Positions 54,942 through 62,825 of a stretch of DNA of 64,000 nucleotides are shown piece after piece. Each line of letters opens with the position of its first letter. Positions within the stretch are counted from its first letter, which is position 1. Under the pieces are notes generated by a model. That model saw nothing but the letters and a program-made list of their open reading frames with translations, made no database searches and was not told the origin of the DNA. Origin of the DNA: a virus (Duplodnaviria > Caudoviricetes); the IMG/VR virus record IMGVR_UViG_3300047160_005790, positions 24,285 to 88,284 of that record, one strand, 5' to 3'. The position numbers were made by a program, and so were the translations under genes.

Positions 54942-55415
54942 CTAGGAGCTGTAGGCTGCGAGCGTTGCTTCCTGCCCGCCGAACTGGGCCATCAGAATCG
55001 GCCCGTTGACGCCGCTGAACGTGAGCCGGACGACCGTTGAGCCGTCGCCGTTCGGACAGGCGTCGCCGACGCCCAGCGTCGGTGCTCCGCTGCCGGAGTC
55101 CTGCCCCGACCGGCCTTGTAGGTTGTACGTCATGCCGTGCGACTGGGAGTTGATTCCCCACTCGACGACGCCGCCGGCATCGGCCAGCGAGTTGGACGAG
55201 CAGAGGTACTCGTTGTAGACGAACCACCACTCGACGAACGTGACGCGCCTTGCGTTGTGAGCCGTCTGCGAGTTGCTCCAGCCGAACGCCGACTGCACGT
55301 CCGAGCGATCGACCGTGCCGACCTGCGTCTGCGTGTTGAAGTTGACAGTGGCCTGTGCCGCTGCGACTCCGAGAAGCGCCGCAACGGCGACGCACACTGC
55401 GAGAAACTTCCTCAC
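54942..55415 (-). CDS. Secreted hypothetical protein
   Basis: Signal peptide MRKFLAVCVAVAALLGVAAAQA; G.VDRSDVQSAFGW. Confidence 0.7.
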   Translation of the reverse strand: MRKFLAVCVAVAALLGVAAAQATVNFNTQTQVGTVDRSDVQSAFGWSNSQTAHNARRVTFVEWWFVYNEYLCSSNSLADAGGVVEWGINSQSHGMTYNLQGRSGQDSGSGAPTLGVGDACPNGDGSTVVRLTFSGVNGPILMAQFGGQEATLAAYSS

Positions 55416-55436
55416 TTCTGCTCCCTTCGTTGGTTT

Positions 55437-55494
55437 GGTACCCCTATCGGTGCTTGGCAGCACCGAGCGACGCCTCGTTGGGCGTCACTCGCTG
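55437..55494 (-). promoter_or_regulatory. Double-hairpin leader 20
   Basis: CGAGTGACGCC/GGCGTCGCTCG + GGTGCT/AGCACC + AGGGGTACC. Confidence 0.82.
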
Positions 55495-55498
55495 TTGC

Positions 55499-55753
55499 TC
55501 ACTCAGCGACGAGCCTGGTCTGACCGTGCTCGATCTCGAAGCGGCACTTGAGCGCGATGCTAAGGGCTTCGAGCGTCGCCAGCTTCGGGTTATCCCGCAG
55601 CTGCTGCTCGATTCGTTGAACGGCAGCAGCAGAGATGACGTCGTCGGTGTTGTGCATCACGTCGCGAAGGCTGTCGCCCAGCTCTTCTCGCCGCTTGCGA
55701 ATCTGAACGCCGATCGGCGGCGGCGGCTTGCGTGCCTTCCTACGCCTGGGCAT
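55499..55753 (-). CDS. XRE/Cro-like HTH regulator
   Basis: IRKRREELG.SL...ISAAAVQRIE...NPKLATLEALS.AL. Confidence 0.85.
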   Translation of the reverse strand: MPRRRKARKPPPPIGVQIRKRREELGDSLRDVMHNTDDVISAAAVQRIEQQLRDNPKLATLEALSIALKCRFEIEHGQTRLVAE

Positions 55754-56060
55754 CGGTCACCTTCTCGATGTCGTCGAACTGGTAGACCGGCGGCTCGTAG
55801 GGGCTGCTGGCGATGTTGCTGCCGGTTGCGTAGTCTCGCTGATCCTCGCCGTCGCCGGGGTTGCACTTGATCCAGACCTTCGGCGGGATCGTGATGGTGC
55901 GCAGCGTGTCGTCGTCGATGTCAGCGTCCATCGGGGTGATTTCGTGAATCGTGCCGATGGCGTCCTCATCGACGCCGAACTTGACCTTGTCGCCGACCTG
56001 AAGCGCGGCGCCGTTCACATCGACGTATGTTTCGACGTAGACGGTATCTTCGTCGCACAT
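55740..56060 (-). CDS. Acidic hypothetical protein
   Basis: Preceded by leader. Confidence 0.65.
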   Translation of the reverse strand: MCDEDTVYVETYVDVNGAALQVGDKVKFGVDEDAIGTIHEITPMDADIDDDTLRTITIPPKVWIKCNPGDGEDQRDYATGSNIASSPYEPPVYQFDDIEKVTDAQA

Positions 56061-56062
56061 TC

Positions 56063-56137
56063 GGTACCTCCTATGGGTGGCGTTCTTTCCGAAGCTCGGA
56101 TGAGCTTCGAGCCCGCCTGGTGTTGGCGGACCCGAAG
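56063..56137 (-). promoter_or_regulatory. Double-hairpin leader 21
   Basis: CGGGTCCGCC/GGCGGGCTCG + GAAGCTC/GAGCTTC + GGAAAG + AGGAGGTACC. Confidence 0.85.
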
Positions 56138-56143
56138 ATCACC

Positions 56144-56422
56144 TCAGGCGATCCTCTCCAGCCGGTACAATGTACCGTACGCCTGCGCGTCGTTGGCCAT
56201 GCCGAGGTTCGGCAGGTGCCGGCCTTCGACGGTGTAACGCGGGTCGAGGACTGGGTTCTTGACGTTCGACTTCTTAACGGCGACGCCGAGCTGCTTCGCT
56301 GCCGCCGCAACGGCGTCGCGGTTGCCCATGAACTCGAACATCATGTGATCGTCGAAGCGCATGCGATCGGCGAGCCCTTCGATCTCGTCCTGCGAGAGCG
56401 TGATGCGGTGGTTACGAGGCAT
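56144..56422 (-). CDS. Hypothetical protein
   Basis: Coupled ORF. Confidence 0.6.
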   Translation of the reverse strand: MPRNHRITLSQDEIEGLADRMRFDDHMMFEFMGNRDAVAAAAKQLGVAVKKSNVKNPVLDPRYTVEGRHLPNLGMANDAQAYGTLYRLERIA

Positions 56423-56642
56423 CGACGTCCTCGCTGCCGAGGATGATCAGATCGCCCGTCTTGCCCGGCCCGTGGTGGCCGCCGAGTTCGAGAACGACCC
56501 TGAGCTGATCGTTGGTGAGATTCGGCTCGATCGCGATGGCCCAGTGTTCGAACTTCGGACCTTTGTGTCCGCCGGGGTAGTACGTATGGAACGAGATCCC
56601 AGCGAGACGCAATGCCTCGGCCGTCTGTTGAAACTTGGACAT
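56412..56642 (-). CDS. Hypothetical protein
   Basis: Preceded by leader. Confidence 0.65.
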   Translation of the reverse strand: MSKFQQTAEALRLAGISFHTYYPGGHKGPKFEHWAIAIEPNLTNDQLRVVLELGGHHGPGKTGDLIILGSEDVDAS

Positions 56643-56644
56643 TC

Positions 56645-56709
56645 GGTACCCTCCTGTTTCTGGAGCTCGGTTGAACTCCCGCCCGATTCTTGGTTGAATC
56701 GGGCGGCAA
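56645..56709 (-). promoter_or_regulatory. Double-hairpin leader 22
   Basis: TTGCCGCCCGATTC/GAATCGGGCGG + GGAGTTC/GAGCTCC + AGAAAC + AGGAGGGTACC. Confidence 0.88.
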
Positions 56710-57120
56710 TTACCGATTGAGCGGGTCGTACTCGACGTTGCAGTTCGGGACGCTGTTCTGCATCGTGTTCGGGTCGCATGTGATCGTCGCCTTGACGGAC
56801 AGCGGGCCGAGCGAGTCGCGGCCGTTGAGACTGCAACCGACCGAGTGAGTGTCGGGGTCCGGGACGCAGTTCGTGTCGGAGATCGAGATGTCGTTGATGC
56901 CCGTGTTCGCTTCCTTCGTCAGGAAGTCCTGCTTGACGGCCTCCTCGAACTTCGACTTGTTCTGCTCGTAGTTCGGTGGCGTTGACGGCGACGCCGTTAC
57001 CGACGCTGCTTGCGTCGTCGGATCGGCGCTGCTGTTGTTGCCGCCAGAGAAGACGTTGCCGAGCGCGATACTGACGCCGACAATGGCGACGACCACGAAG
57101 ATCGTGCGGTTCTTGTTCAC
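56710..57120 (-). CDS. Membrane-anchored extracellular protein
   Basis: N-terminal TM segment, S/T linker, Cys-containing domain. Confidence 0.7.
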   Translation of the reverse strand: MNKNRTIFVVVAIVGVSIALGNVFSGGNNSSADPTTQAASVTASPSTPPNYEQNKSKFEEAVKQDFLTKEANTGINDISISDTNCVPDPDTHSVGCSLNGRDSLGPLSVKATITCDPNTMQNSVPNCNVEYDPLNR

Positions 57121-57123
57121 TTC

Positions 57124-57212
57124 GGTACCCTCCTGTTTATGGCTTTCTGGTGTTTTCGGTGCTGCGCGCACCCGCCCTCACCCGTCGTGATATGTGGGTG
57201 AGGGCGGCTGTC
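57124..57212 (-). promoter_or_regulatory. Double-hairpin leader 23
   Basis: GACAG-CCGCCCTCACCC/GGGTGAGGGCGG + GGTGC/GCACC + GAAAA..AGAAAGCCA + AGGAGGGTACC. Confidence 0.87.
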
Positions 57213-57226
57213 GCGCGAGGTTGCGG

Positions 57227-57328
57227 CTACTTGGCGGTGGCCGCCGCGACGAGCGCCTGGCCCACCGAACCCAGCTTCAGGTTCTTGTGGCGAAGCTTGA
57301 CCTGCGTGATAACGCCCTTGTTCGTCAT
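57227..57328 (-). CDS. Small peptide (33 aa)
   Basis: Has its own leader and SD. Confidence 0.5.
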   Translation of the reverse strand: MTNKGVITQVKLRHKNLKLGSVGQALVAAATAK

Positions 57329-57331
57329 TTC

Positions 57332-57404
57332 GATACCCCTTTCTGGTACGTTCGGTCGAACGCACCCGCCCCAGCACCTTGCCTTGGTGCCGGGGCGGCT
57401 GTCG
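57332..57404 (-). promoter_or_regulatory. Double-hairpin leader 24
   Basis: GACAG-CCGCCCCGGCACC/GGTGCTGGGGCGG + GGTGCGTTCG/CGAACGTACC + AGAAAGGGG. Confidence 0.87.
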
Positions 57405-57405
57405 T

Positions 57406-57714
57406 TCAGTCGATAGTCGGGAAGTCGGGATTGAACCAGACCATCTCGATCTCGTCGTCGGCGGCCATCCACGTTTCCTCGGGGCCGTCGCCCGCGTCGG
57501 CAGCGAGTACGAGCACCGTCGGGATGTCGTCGCGTTCCGCGAGCGCCGCGCGCTCGTAGCCCTTGACGACCCAGACAGATTCCGACACGTCAGGCACGTC
57601 GCTCGACGCCATCGCTTCGAGCAGGGCCGGGTTGATGACGCGGACGATGTCGCCGCGGCGGTAGTCGGTCTGGCCGCTGATGCGGATGTTCTCGGACCAG
57701 TCGTGCTTCCTCAC
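57406..57714 (-). CDS. Hypothetical protein
   Basis: GTGA overlap. Confidence 0.6.
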   Translation of the reverse strand: MRKHDWSENIRISGQTDYRRGDIVRVINPALLEAMASSDVPDVSESVWVVKGYERAALAERDDIPTVLVLAADAGDGPEETWMAADDEIEMVWFNPDFPTID

Positions 57715-58049
57715 AGTCCACCTCCGAGGCGGTAGTCGAACAGCTCGTCGAGCACCATGACGCACTCGACCACGTCTTCGCAGAACGCGCTGAACAGCCC
57801 GCCCAGGAACGGCAACGGCGAATCGACGAAGTAGATCGGCTCGCAGGCGATGCCGAGGTCGAGGGTCACCCAGCGCGGGTTGTTCTCGTCCGCGACCGGC
57901 AGGAGCACGGCGTTGTACCACGCGCCGCGTTCGTTGGCGTCGGCTTCCTCGATCACCAGTTCTCCATAGTAGGTGTAGTCGAGCCCTTGCTCGCTGTCGT
58001 ACACCGTTCCGTGGTAGAACATCGGACGGCCGATGATACTGACTGTCAT
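57711..58049 (-). CDS. Acidic hypothetical protein
   Basis: Preceded by leader; 19 D/E vs 4 K/R. Confidence 0.65.
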   Translation of the reverse strand: MTVSIIGRPMFYHGTVYDSEQGLDYTYYGELVIEEADANERGAWYNAVLLPVADENNPRWVTLDLGIACEPIYFVDSPLPFLGGLFSAFCEDVVECVMVLDELFDYRLGGGL

Positions 58050-58052
58050 TCG

Positions 58053-58131
58053 GGTACCCTCCTTGCTACTTGGCTTTTCGGAACCGAACCGGCTGGTTCC
58101 GAGCCGCCCCTGCTTTGGGGCGACTCGCAAC
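58053..58131 (-). promoter_or_regulatory. Double-hairpin leader 25
   Basis: TTGCGAGTCGCCCC/GGGGCGGCTCG + GGAACC/GGTTCC + GAAAAGCCA + AAGGAGGGTACC. Confidence 0.88.
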
Positions 58132-58140
58132 TGCCGATCG

Positions 58141-58497
58141 CTATGCTGCTTCGCGGCGGGCGAGGATCAGCCGAGACCAGGCTTGGGTGAGCACTGCGTA
58201 CTCGGCTTCGACTCGCTCGGCAGTGGCTTCGTACAGCGAATAGCTGAGTTCGAAGCCGCACTCGACGGGATCGCGCATGCCGAAGTTGTGCATCGCCTTG
58301 ACGCCGAACTCGTACCCGCCGTACAGCTGCCCGAGGATGCAATCTTCGTCGCGGCTCAAGTCGAGCCTCGATTCGTCGATGACTGTGTCCCAGATCTCTT
58401 CCTTACCTGGGTCGAGCTTGGCTACGTCGGCGTCGAGGCGGTCGAGCAGCTCGGCGCCGTTGGCGACGCGGCGGTCTGCCTCTTCCATTGTCAACAT
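58141..58497 (-). CDS. Conserved actinophage hypothetical protein
   Basis: V.NGA.LLD...ID...L...CILGQLYG.Y. Confidence 0.65.
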   Translation of the reverse strand: MLTMEEADRRVANGAELLDRLDADVAKLDPGKEEIWDTVIDESRLDLSRDEDCILGQLYGGYEFGVKAMHNFGMRDPVECGFELSYSLYEATAERVEAEYAVLTQAWSRLILARREAA

Positions 58498-58499
58498 CT

Positions 58500-58577
58500 G
58501 GTACCCTCCTTGCTTCGTGGCTTTGTGACTTTCGGGCAATTGCCCCGAAAGCCCCCTTATGTAAGGGGGCTCCCGGC
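58500..58577 (-). promoter_or_regulatory. Double-hairpin leader 26
   Basis: CCGGGAGCCCCCTTA/TAAGGGGGCTTTCGG + GGGCA/TGCCC + GAAAG..AAAGCCA + AAGGAGGGTACC. Confidence 0.82.
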
Positions 58578-58760
58578 GCCGCTGGCCCACCAGTTCATGT
58601 GAGCGGTGAACTGTTCGGACGAGACCCAGACGACCTGCTCGCCTCGCAGCGCTGCCGAAAGCTGCGCCAGCTGGTTGTCCTTGTGAAAGGACCAGCCGAG
58701 GCTCGTTTCGGCGTTGCGGACGGCGTACCAGCCGTCCATCAGTCCTGCGCGCTTCGCCAT
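58557..58760 (-). CDS. Hypothetical protein
   Basis: Preceded by leader. Confidence 0.65.
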   Translation of the reverse strand: MAKRAGLMDGWYAVRNAETSLGWSFHKDNQLAQLSAALRGEQVVWVSSEQFTAHMNWWASGAGSPLT

Positions 58761-58762
58761 TT

Positions 58763-58829
58763 GGCACCCTCCTTGTTTCTGAAGTTCGGATGAACTTCGA
58801 GCCAGCCCTCTTGGGGGCTGACTCGAAGC
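58763..58829 (-). promoter_or_regulatory. Double-hairpin leader 27
   Basis: CGAGTCAGCCC/GGGCTGGCTCG + GAAGTTC/GAACTTC + AGAAAC + AAGGAGGGTGCC. Confidence 0.88.
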
Positions 58830-59420
58830 TCAGCTGATGTCGTCGGTTGTGATTTCCTTGCCCCGCATCGAATGCCAGTCCGGCTCTCTTGAGCCGCCGG
58901 TGTCGCCCGGCAGGAAGCGGTCGAACCAGGCTTGCGGCGGCAGGCCCTCGGGCATAACGTCGCCCCACTTCACCCACTTGTCGTCGGGCCAGCCGACGCG
59001 CCGGAGGGTGAAGTCCTCCGGGCCGTTGGGATCGACGTAGTAGCTGACCACCCAGGTCAGGCCGTCGGGATCAGTGTCGATGAAGAATGCGTTGTCCTCC
59101 TCGTTGAGGAATGGGAAGCTTTCGACATCGAGGAACTCGGCGAGCAACTCGTCGTCCGCTGCCGAGAACACGACGCTCATGTCGTCGCCCTTCAGTTGTA
59201 GGTTGAGGGCGGTCTGCTCGTCTGGGATGTCGTCGCCGCGGTCGAGTGCGATCGCATCGACGTAGCCGATGACCCTGAAGAGGCCCTCGGGATCGACGCC
59301 CATCTCCTCCGCCAGCCCTTTGTGATTTATGCTGACTTCGTCGCCGACGCGGTACAACGTCCGGACTGGCTCGCCGTTGAACTGGTCCGGCGTGCGCGAG
59401 AAGAGTTGATACTCTTCCAT
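58830..59420 (-). CDS. Strongly acidic hypothetical protein
   Basis: Preceded by leader; about 44 D/E in 196 aa. Confidence 0.68.
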   Translation of the reverse strand: MEEYQLFSRTPDQFNGEPVRTLYRVGDEVSINHKGLAEEMGVDPEGLFRVIGYVDAIALDRGDDIPDEQTALNLQLKGDDMSVVFSAADDELLAEFLDVESFPFLNEEDNAFFIDTDPDGLTWVVSYYVDPNGPEDFTLRRVGWPDDKWVKWGDVMPEGLPPQAWFDRFLPGDTGGSREPDWHSMRGKEITTDDIS

Positions 59421-59525
59421 GTACCCTCCTTTGGCTTGGGTTCTGCTGTTTTCGGTGGCTTATGCTACGCGCACCCACCCCTACCGAGCGAGCCTGTGTT
59501 GCTCGTTCGGACGGGGTGGCTGTCG
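59421..59525 (-). promoter_or_regulatory. Double-hairpin leader 28
   Basis: GACAG-CCACCCC../..GGGGTGG + GGTG../..CACC + GAAAA..AAGCCA + AAGGAGGGTAC. Confidence 0.8.
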
Positions 59526-59527
59526 CG

Positions 59528-59857
59528 CTATGCGTGGTAGTGCTGCGGGCGATACTTGAAGCAGAAGAGCAGGCGGCTCTTGAGCTGGTCCGGCCCCCAG
59601 TAGCAAGCAAATTCCGGGGGATGAATGCGACCGGGGTTGTCGGGGTCGCCGCTGTTGCACTCGACAGCGGGATCGAGGCAGTACTCGAACCCATCTGCCG
59701 CGAGCAATGGGAGAATCTGTTCTGCGTCCTCAGGCGTGTAGCCCAGCGTGTACAGCACGCCGCGAGCGCTGACCGAGTGGTAGTTGGTCTGCTCGATGTC
59801 CTCGCAGTACGAGATCATCTGGGCGACGGCCTCCTTGATCTGCTCGACCTTCAGCAT
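59528..59857 (-). CDS. Hypothetical protein
   Basis: Preceded by leader. Confidence 0.65.
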   Translation of the reverse strand: MLKVEQIKEAVAQMISYCEDIEQTNYHSVSARGVLYTLGYTPEDAEQILPLLAADGFEYCLDPAVECNSGDPDNPGRIHPPEFACYWGPDQLKSRLLFCFKYRPQHYHA

Positions 59858-59859
59858 TT

Positions 59860-59945
59860 GGTACCCTCCTTTTTCTGATGCGAGCTTTGTGCTCCGCACC
59901 CACCCCGGCCCGACACTTTTGCATGTCGGGGCGGGGTGGCTGTCG
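59860..59945 (-). promoter_or_regulatory. Double-hairpin leader 29
   Basis: GACAG-CCACCCCG../..CGGGGTGG + GGTGCG/CGCATC + AGAAAAAGGAGGGTACC. Confidence 0.85.
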
Positions 59946-59947
59946 GG

Positions 59948-60370
59948 CTAGTTCGCAGCGTTACTCTGTTGTCGTACGGCCAGCATGATCTTCTGATTCT
60001 TGGCTGCCGCTGTTCGGTCGCAGCATTCGCAGAAGACGTTGCCCTTGTTCCTCGGGTCGGAGATGCTCGTGATGTCGATACGGATGCTCGGCGCGCGGTG
60101 TTGTCTTTGCGCCTTGATCCTGATCTCTGCCGCATGCTCGTCGCAGACGAACTTGTGATCGAGGCTTGCGGCGCCGTCGCCGTCGTCGGCCTCGTTGTAC
60201 GCCCAGGCTTCCTGCGTCGCGATCGTGATGCCCTTGGGCGGCCCTGAGGTGACCGGCAGAGTCGCGAACATGTCGCGATTCTGGGGAATGGACGGCTTAG
60301 GCCTGCGATGCGGCCGCCGCGTTGCTTGGTCGTTGCTCGGTCTTCGCCGTTGCTTGCTGCTGTAGCTCAC
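59948..60370 (-). CDS. Hypothetical protein with Cys motifs
   Basis: Preceded by leader; GTG start. Confidence 0.6.
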   Translation of the reverse strand: MSYSSKQRRRPSNDQATRRPHRRPKPSIPQNRDMFATLPVTSGPPKGITIATQEAWAYNEADDGDGAASLDHKFVCDEHAAEIRIKAQRQHRAPSIRIDITSISDPRNKGNVFCECCDRTAAAKNQKIMLAVRQQSNAAN

Positions 60371-60374
60371 TTTT

Positions 60375-60476
60375 GGTACCCTCCTGGAGTTCATCCGTTG
60401 GCTATGATACTCGATGTTGCTGCTTTGCTGCTGAACTCCCGCCCGCTACCGATGCTGTCTGGTAGCGGGTGGCAGG
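60375..60476 (-). promoter_or_regulatory. Double-hairpin leader 30
   Basis: CCACCCGCTACC/GGTAGCGGGCGG + GGAGTTCA/TGAACTCC (large loop) + AGGAGGGTACC. Confidence 0.82.
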
Positions 60477-60989
60477 TCAGGCGGCCTGCTGCTGGCTGCC
60501 GCGGCGGTTGCGCCGCGTCGAGCCGGTCGTGGTCGTACCGGCCTGCTTCGAGCCGTTGCTCTGCGCGCGCCGGGTGCTGTTGCCCCGGCGGCCCTTGGCG
60601 GCCTGAAGCGTGGCCTGCTCGGCCTGCTCGGTCGAGCTGAGGCGGCCGAAGCGCTTGCCGCGCCCGTTGTACTGCGGGTTCAGCCCGGCGTCGGCCAGGA
60701 TCTTGCGGACCTGGCCCTCGCTGATGCCCGCGAACACGGCGACCGCCGGCAGGCGGTACTGCTCGTTGGCCTCGATGACGGCCTGCTCGAAGGACTTGCC
60801 GTTGCGGCCCTTCGTCGCCTTGATGGCGAGGCTGGGGTCCTCGGCGAGCTGCGCCTTGAACCAGAGCCCGGTCGGCAGGCTCGTGCGGCCGTGCTCCTTC
60901 ATGTAGCCGCCCATCGTCTTGCCGGCCTTGACGGCCGCCCGCACGACGTTGATGTCGGTCGGGTCGATCGTGTTGGTCTTGCGTGCCAT
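60477..60989 (-). CDS. HTH-like DNA-binding protein with basic tail
   Basis: LPAVAVFAGISEGQVRKIL; R-rich C-terminus; architecture like 43570..44115. Confidence 0.6.
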   Translation of the reverse strand: MARKTNTIDPTDINVVRAAVKAGKTMGGYMKEHGRTSLPTGLWFKAQLAEDPSLAIKATKGRNGKSFEQAVIEANEQYRLPAVAVFAGISEGQVRKILADAGLNPQYNGRGKRFGRLSSTEQAEQATLQAAKGRRGNSTRRAQSNGSKQAGTTTTGSTRRNRRGSQQQAA

Positions 60990-60992
60990 GGT

Positions 60993-61096
60993 GGTACCCT
61001 CCTTCTGAGCGGATCCCCGCTCGGGTTGTTGGCGAAGCAGGCTTGCTTCACCCACCCCTAGACCGAGCTGTTAGCTCGATGTAGGGGTGGCTGTAG
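60993..61096 (-). promoter_or_regulatory. Double-hairpin leader 31 (extra third hairpin)
   Basis: ACAG-CCACCCCTA/TAGGGGTGG + GGTGAAGCA/TGCTTCGCC + AAGGAGGGTACC. Confidence 0.82.
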
Positions 61097-61097
61097 C

Positions 61098-61128
61098 CTC
61101 CTTGCTCCTTGCTCCTTGCTCCTTGCTC
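61098..61128 (-). repeat. Tandem heptamer CAAGGAG x4
   Basis: + strand CTCCTTG repeated 4.4 times. Confidence 0.85.
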
Positions 61129-61129
61129 G

Positions 61130-61252
61130 TTACTGCTTCTTGCTTCGCTTACGCTGGTCGAGGATGCTGAGCAGGTTCGCGTATGCGACGATCGCGATGA
61201 AGAACAGCGCGAGGGTGCTGAGCGCGACGATGACGTATGGGTCCGTCGTCAT
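61130..61252 (-). CDS. Small membrane peptide (40 aa)
   Basis: ATGA overlap; one TM segment plus basic tail. Confidence 0.55.
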   Translation of the reverse strand: MTTDPYVIVALSTLALFFIAIVAYANLLSILDQRKRSKKQ

Positions 61253-61366
61253 TGCGGCTTGCCCTTCGGGAAGTGCTTTGCCTCCCAGGCCGCGTAGCTT
61301 TTGGGCTCGCGGTCTGCCGAGACGTTGTTCACCTTGGGTGTCGGCGTGTTGACCATTTTGTGTTGG

Positions 61367-61606
61367 CTACGGCTTGAGGATGTCAACGGCAACGTGCGGT
61401 TCGCAGCCCTTGCTGAGCAGTTCGGCGAACTCGGCTGGGTCGATCTCCTCGGCAGCGACGCCGATCGCAGACCAGTACGCGACCACGTCCGGGATGTTCG
61501 GGCAGAATTCCTTGATGGCGGCGAGACCTTGCTCTTCCCGCCACCGGAACGCCGCAGACTCGTCTGCTGTGAGGATCTTGGTTCCGATCCGAATGGGACC
61601 GATCAT
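61367..61606 (-). CDS. Hypothetical protein
   Basis: Preceded by leader. Confidence 0.65.
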   Translation of the reverse strand: MIGPIRIGTKILTADESAAFRWREEQGLAAIKEFCPNIPDVVAYWSAIGVAAEEIDPAEFAELLSKGCEPHVAVDILKP

Positions 61607-61608
61607 TT

Positions 61609-61710
61609 CGTACCCCCTACGGTTGGGTGCTGATGCTGCCTTTCAGCGCGTCTTGTGACGCACCCGCCCCAACACCGAACGTTGAAGTTCGATGTTGGGG
61701 TGGCTGTCGC
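61609..61710 (-). promoter_or_regulatory. Double-hairpin leader 32
   Basis: GACAG-CCACCCCAACATCGAAC/GTTCGGTGTTGGGGCGG + GGTGC..GCACC + AGGGGGTACG. Confidence 0.82.
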
Positions 61711-61739
61711 CCTCTTGCGCTAGCTGCTAGCTCGTTGTG

Positions 61740-62312
61740 CTAGCTCGTTGCCTCGCGTCGCGCCGTATCGGCGCGATGCGCTGCTCGCCAATCGCCGTAG
61801 TCGATGATCTTGGCTTGGAGCCCTGCTTGCCGGGCGGCCTCGATCTTGGGGAACGCGGTTGTATGCGGCTCGTAGTGCGTTGTCGAATAGCCGCCCTTAC
61901 TGATGTGCTCCCATCCGATGATCGAGATCAGATCGGTTGGGATGACCCGCGGGTTTGCCTTGAGGCTATCGGCGTAGCCTCGCCAAAAGCCCGCGCCGCT
62001 GACCTGCCCAGCGACGACGTTGCGGTAAACACGCAGCTCGTCGTCGAGCGTTTGCCCGTCGATGCCGTACGTTCGGAACGAGCGGCTGTCTTGACCGTCG
62101 CCCCATGCTTCGGCGAGGTGCTGCGCTTCGAACTGCCGAGCTGCGGCCTCGCTGTGAAGCAGCGGATAGGTCGGGTCGCCGTAATCCTTGTAGTCGGGAT
62201 TGGCGTCCCATGTGATGCCGTCGTAGGTTGTGCCGCGCGCGAACGCATCGTCGTATATGCGACGATACTTTGGCTTGGCAGCGATGAGCTGTTCGATCGT
62301 AACGATCGACAT
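61740..62312 (-). CDS. Hypothetical protein
   Basis: Preceded by leader. Confidence 0.68.
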   Translation of the reverse strand: MSIVTIEQLIAAKPKYRRIYDDAFARGTTYDGITWDANPDYKDYGDPTYPLLHSEAAARQFEAQHLAEAWGDGQDSRSFRTYGIDGQTLDDELRVYRNVVAGQVSGAGFWRGYADSLKANPRVIPTDLISIIGWEHISKGGYSTTHYEPHTTAFPKIEAARQAGLQAKIIDYGDWRAAHRADTARREATS

Positions 62313-62313
62313 G

Positions 62314-62422
62314 CGTACCCTCCTTTGGGGTGTTTGCTTTTCAGCGCGCCTTGTGACGCACCGAACCGCCCCGAACGACCCTCGTTGCTGTTGCTTGAGA
62401 GGGTCGGGTCGCCGGGGCGATC
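62314..62422 (-). promoter_or_regulatory. Double-hairpin leader 33
   Basis: CGCCCCG../..CGGGGCG + GGTG..CACC with the GTGCGTCACAAG-CGCGCTGAAA block shared with leader 32 + AAAGGAGGGTACG. Confidence 0.78.
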
Positions 62423-62426
62423 CGCT

Positions 62427-62527
62427 GCGGGCTGTTATGCCTAGGCCCAGCGCCGACCGCGCGGGCTGTTATGCCTAGGCCCAGCGCCGACCGCGCGGGC
62501 TGTTATGCCTAGGCCCAGCGCCGACCG
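62427..62527. repeat. Three tandem copies of a 34-bp unit
   Basis: GCGGGCTGTTATGCCTAGGCCCAGCGCCGACCGC at 62427, 62461 and 62495; no spacers. Confidence 0.95.
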
Positions 62528-62823
62528 TTGTGATCCGAGTCGCCGGTAAGGGCGATGTGATGCGAGCAGCGCTTGACGCGCTTGCCGTCGATCGTTTTGT
62601 TGACGAGGGCGACGTTTTGACACTTGTCGCCGACGAGGATTTTGACCATGTATTCCGAGCCGTCCTTGCGTTCGCGCTTCAGATTCTTGAAGCTGGCATC
62701 GAGCTTGGCGTCGCATTGCTCATCTTGCGCTAGCTCGATGTTGATTTGGTATATGCTTGGGTTGTTCGCCGAGGCCGATTGTCGTCGGCTTTCGGTTTGA
62801 TGCGCACGGATTGAACCGTACAT
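62509..62823 (-). CDS. Hypothetical protein
   Basis: AAAGGGGG SD after a leader variant. Confidence 0.6.
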   Translation of the reverse strand: MYGSIRAHQTESRRQSASANNPSIYQINIELAQDEQCDAKLDASFKNLKRERKDGSEYMVKILVGDKCQNVALVNKTIDGKRVKRCSHHIALTGDSDHNGRRWA

Positions 62824-62825
62824 GC

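Noticed and set aside
62427-62527. CRISPR array
   Set aside because: The 34-bp units are directly adjacent with no spacers, and there are no cas genes (the PD-(D/E)XK protein is a RecB-like phage exonuclease)
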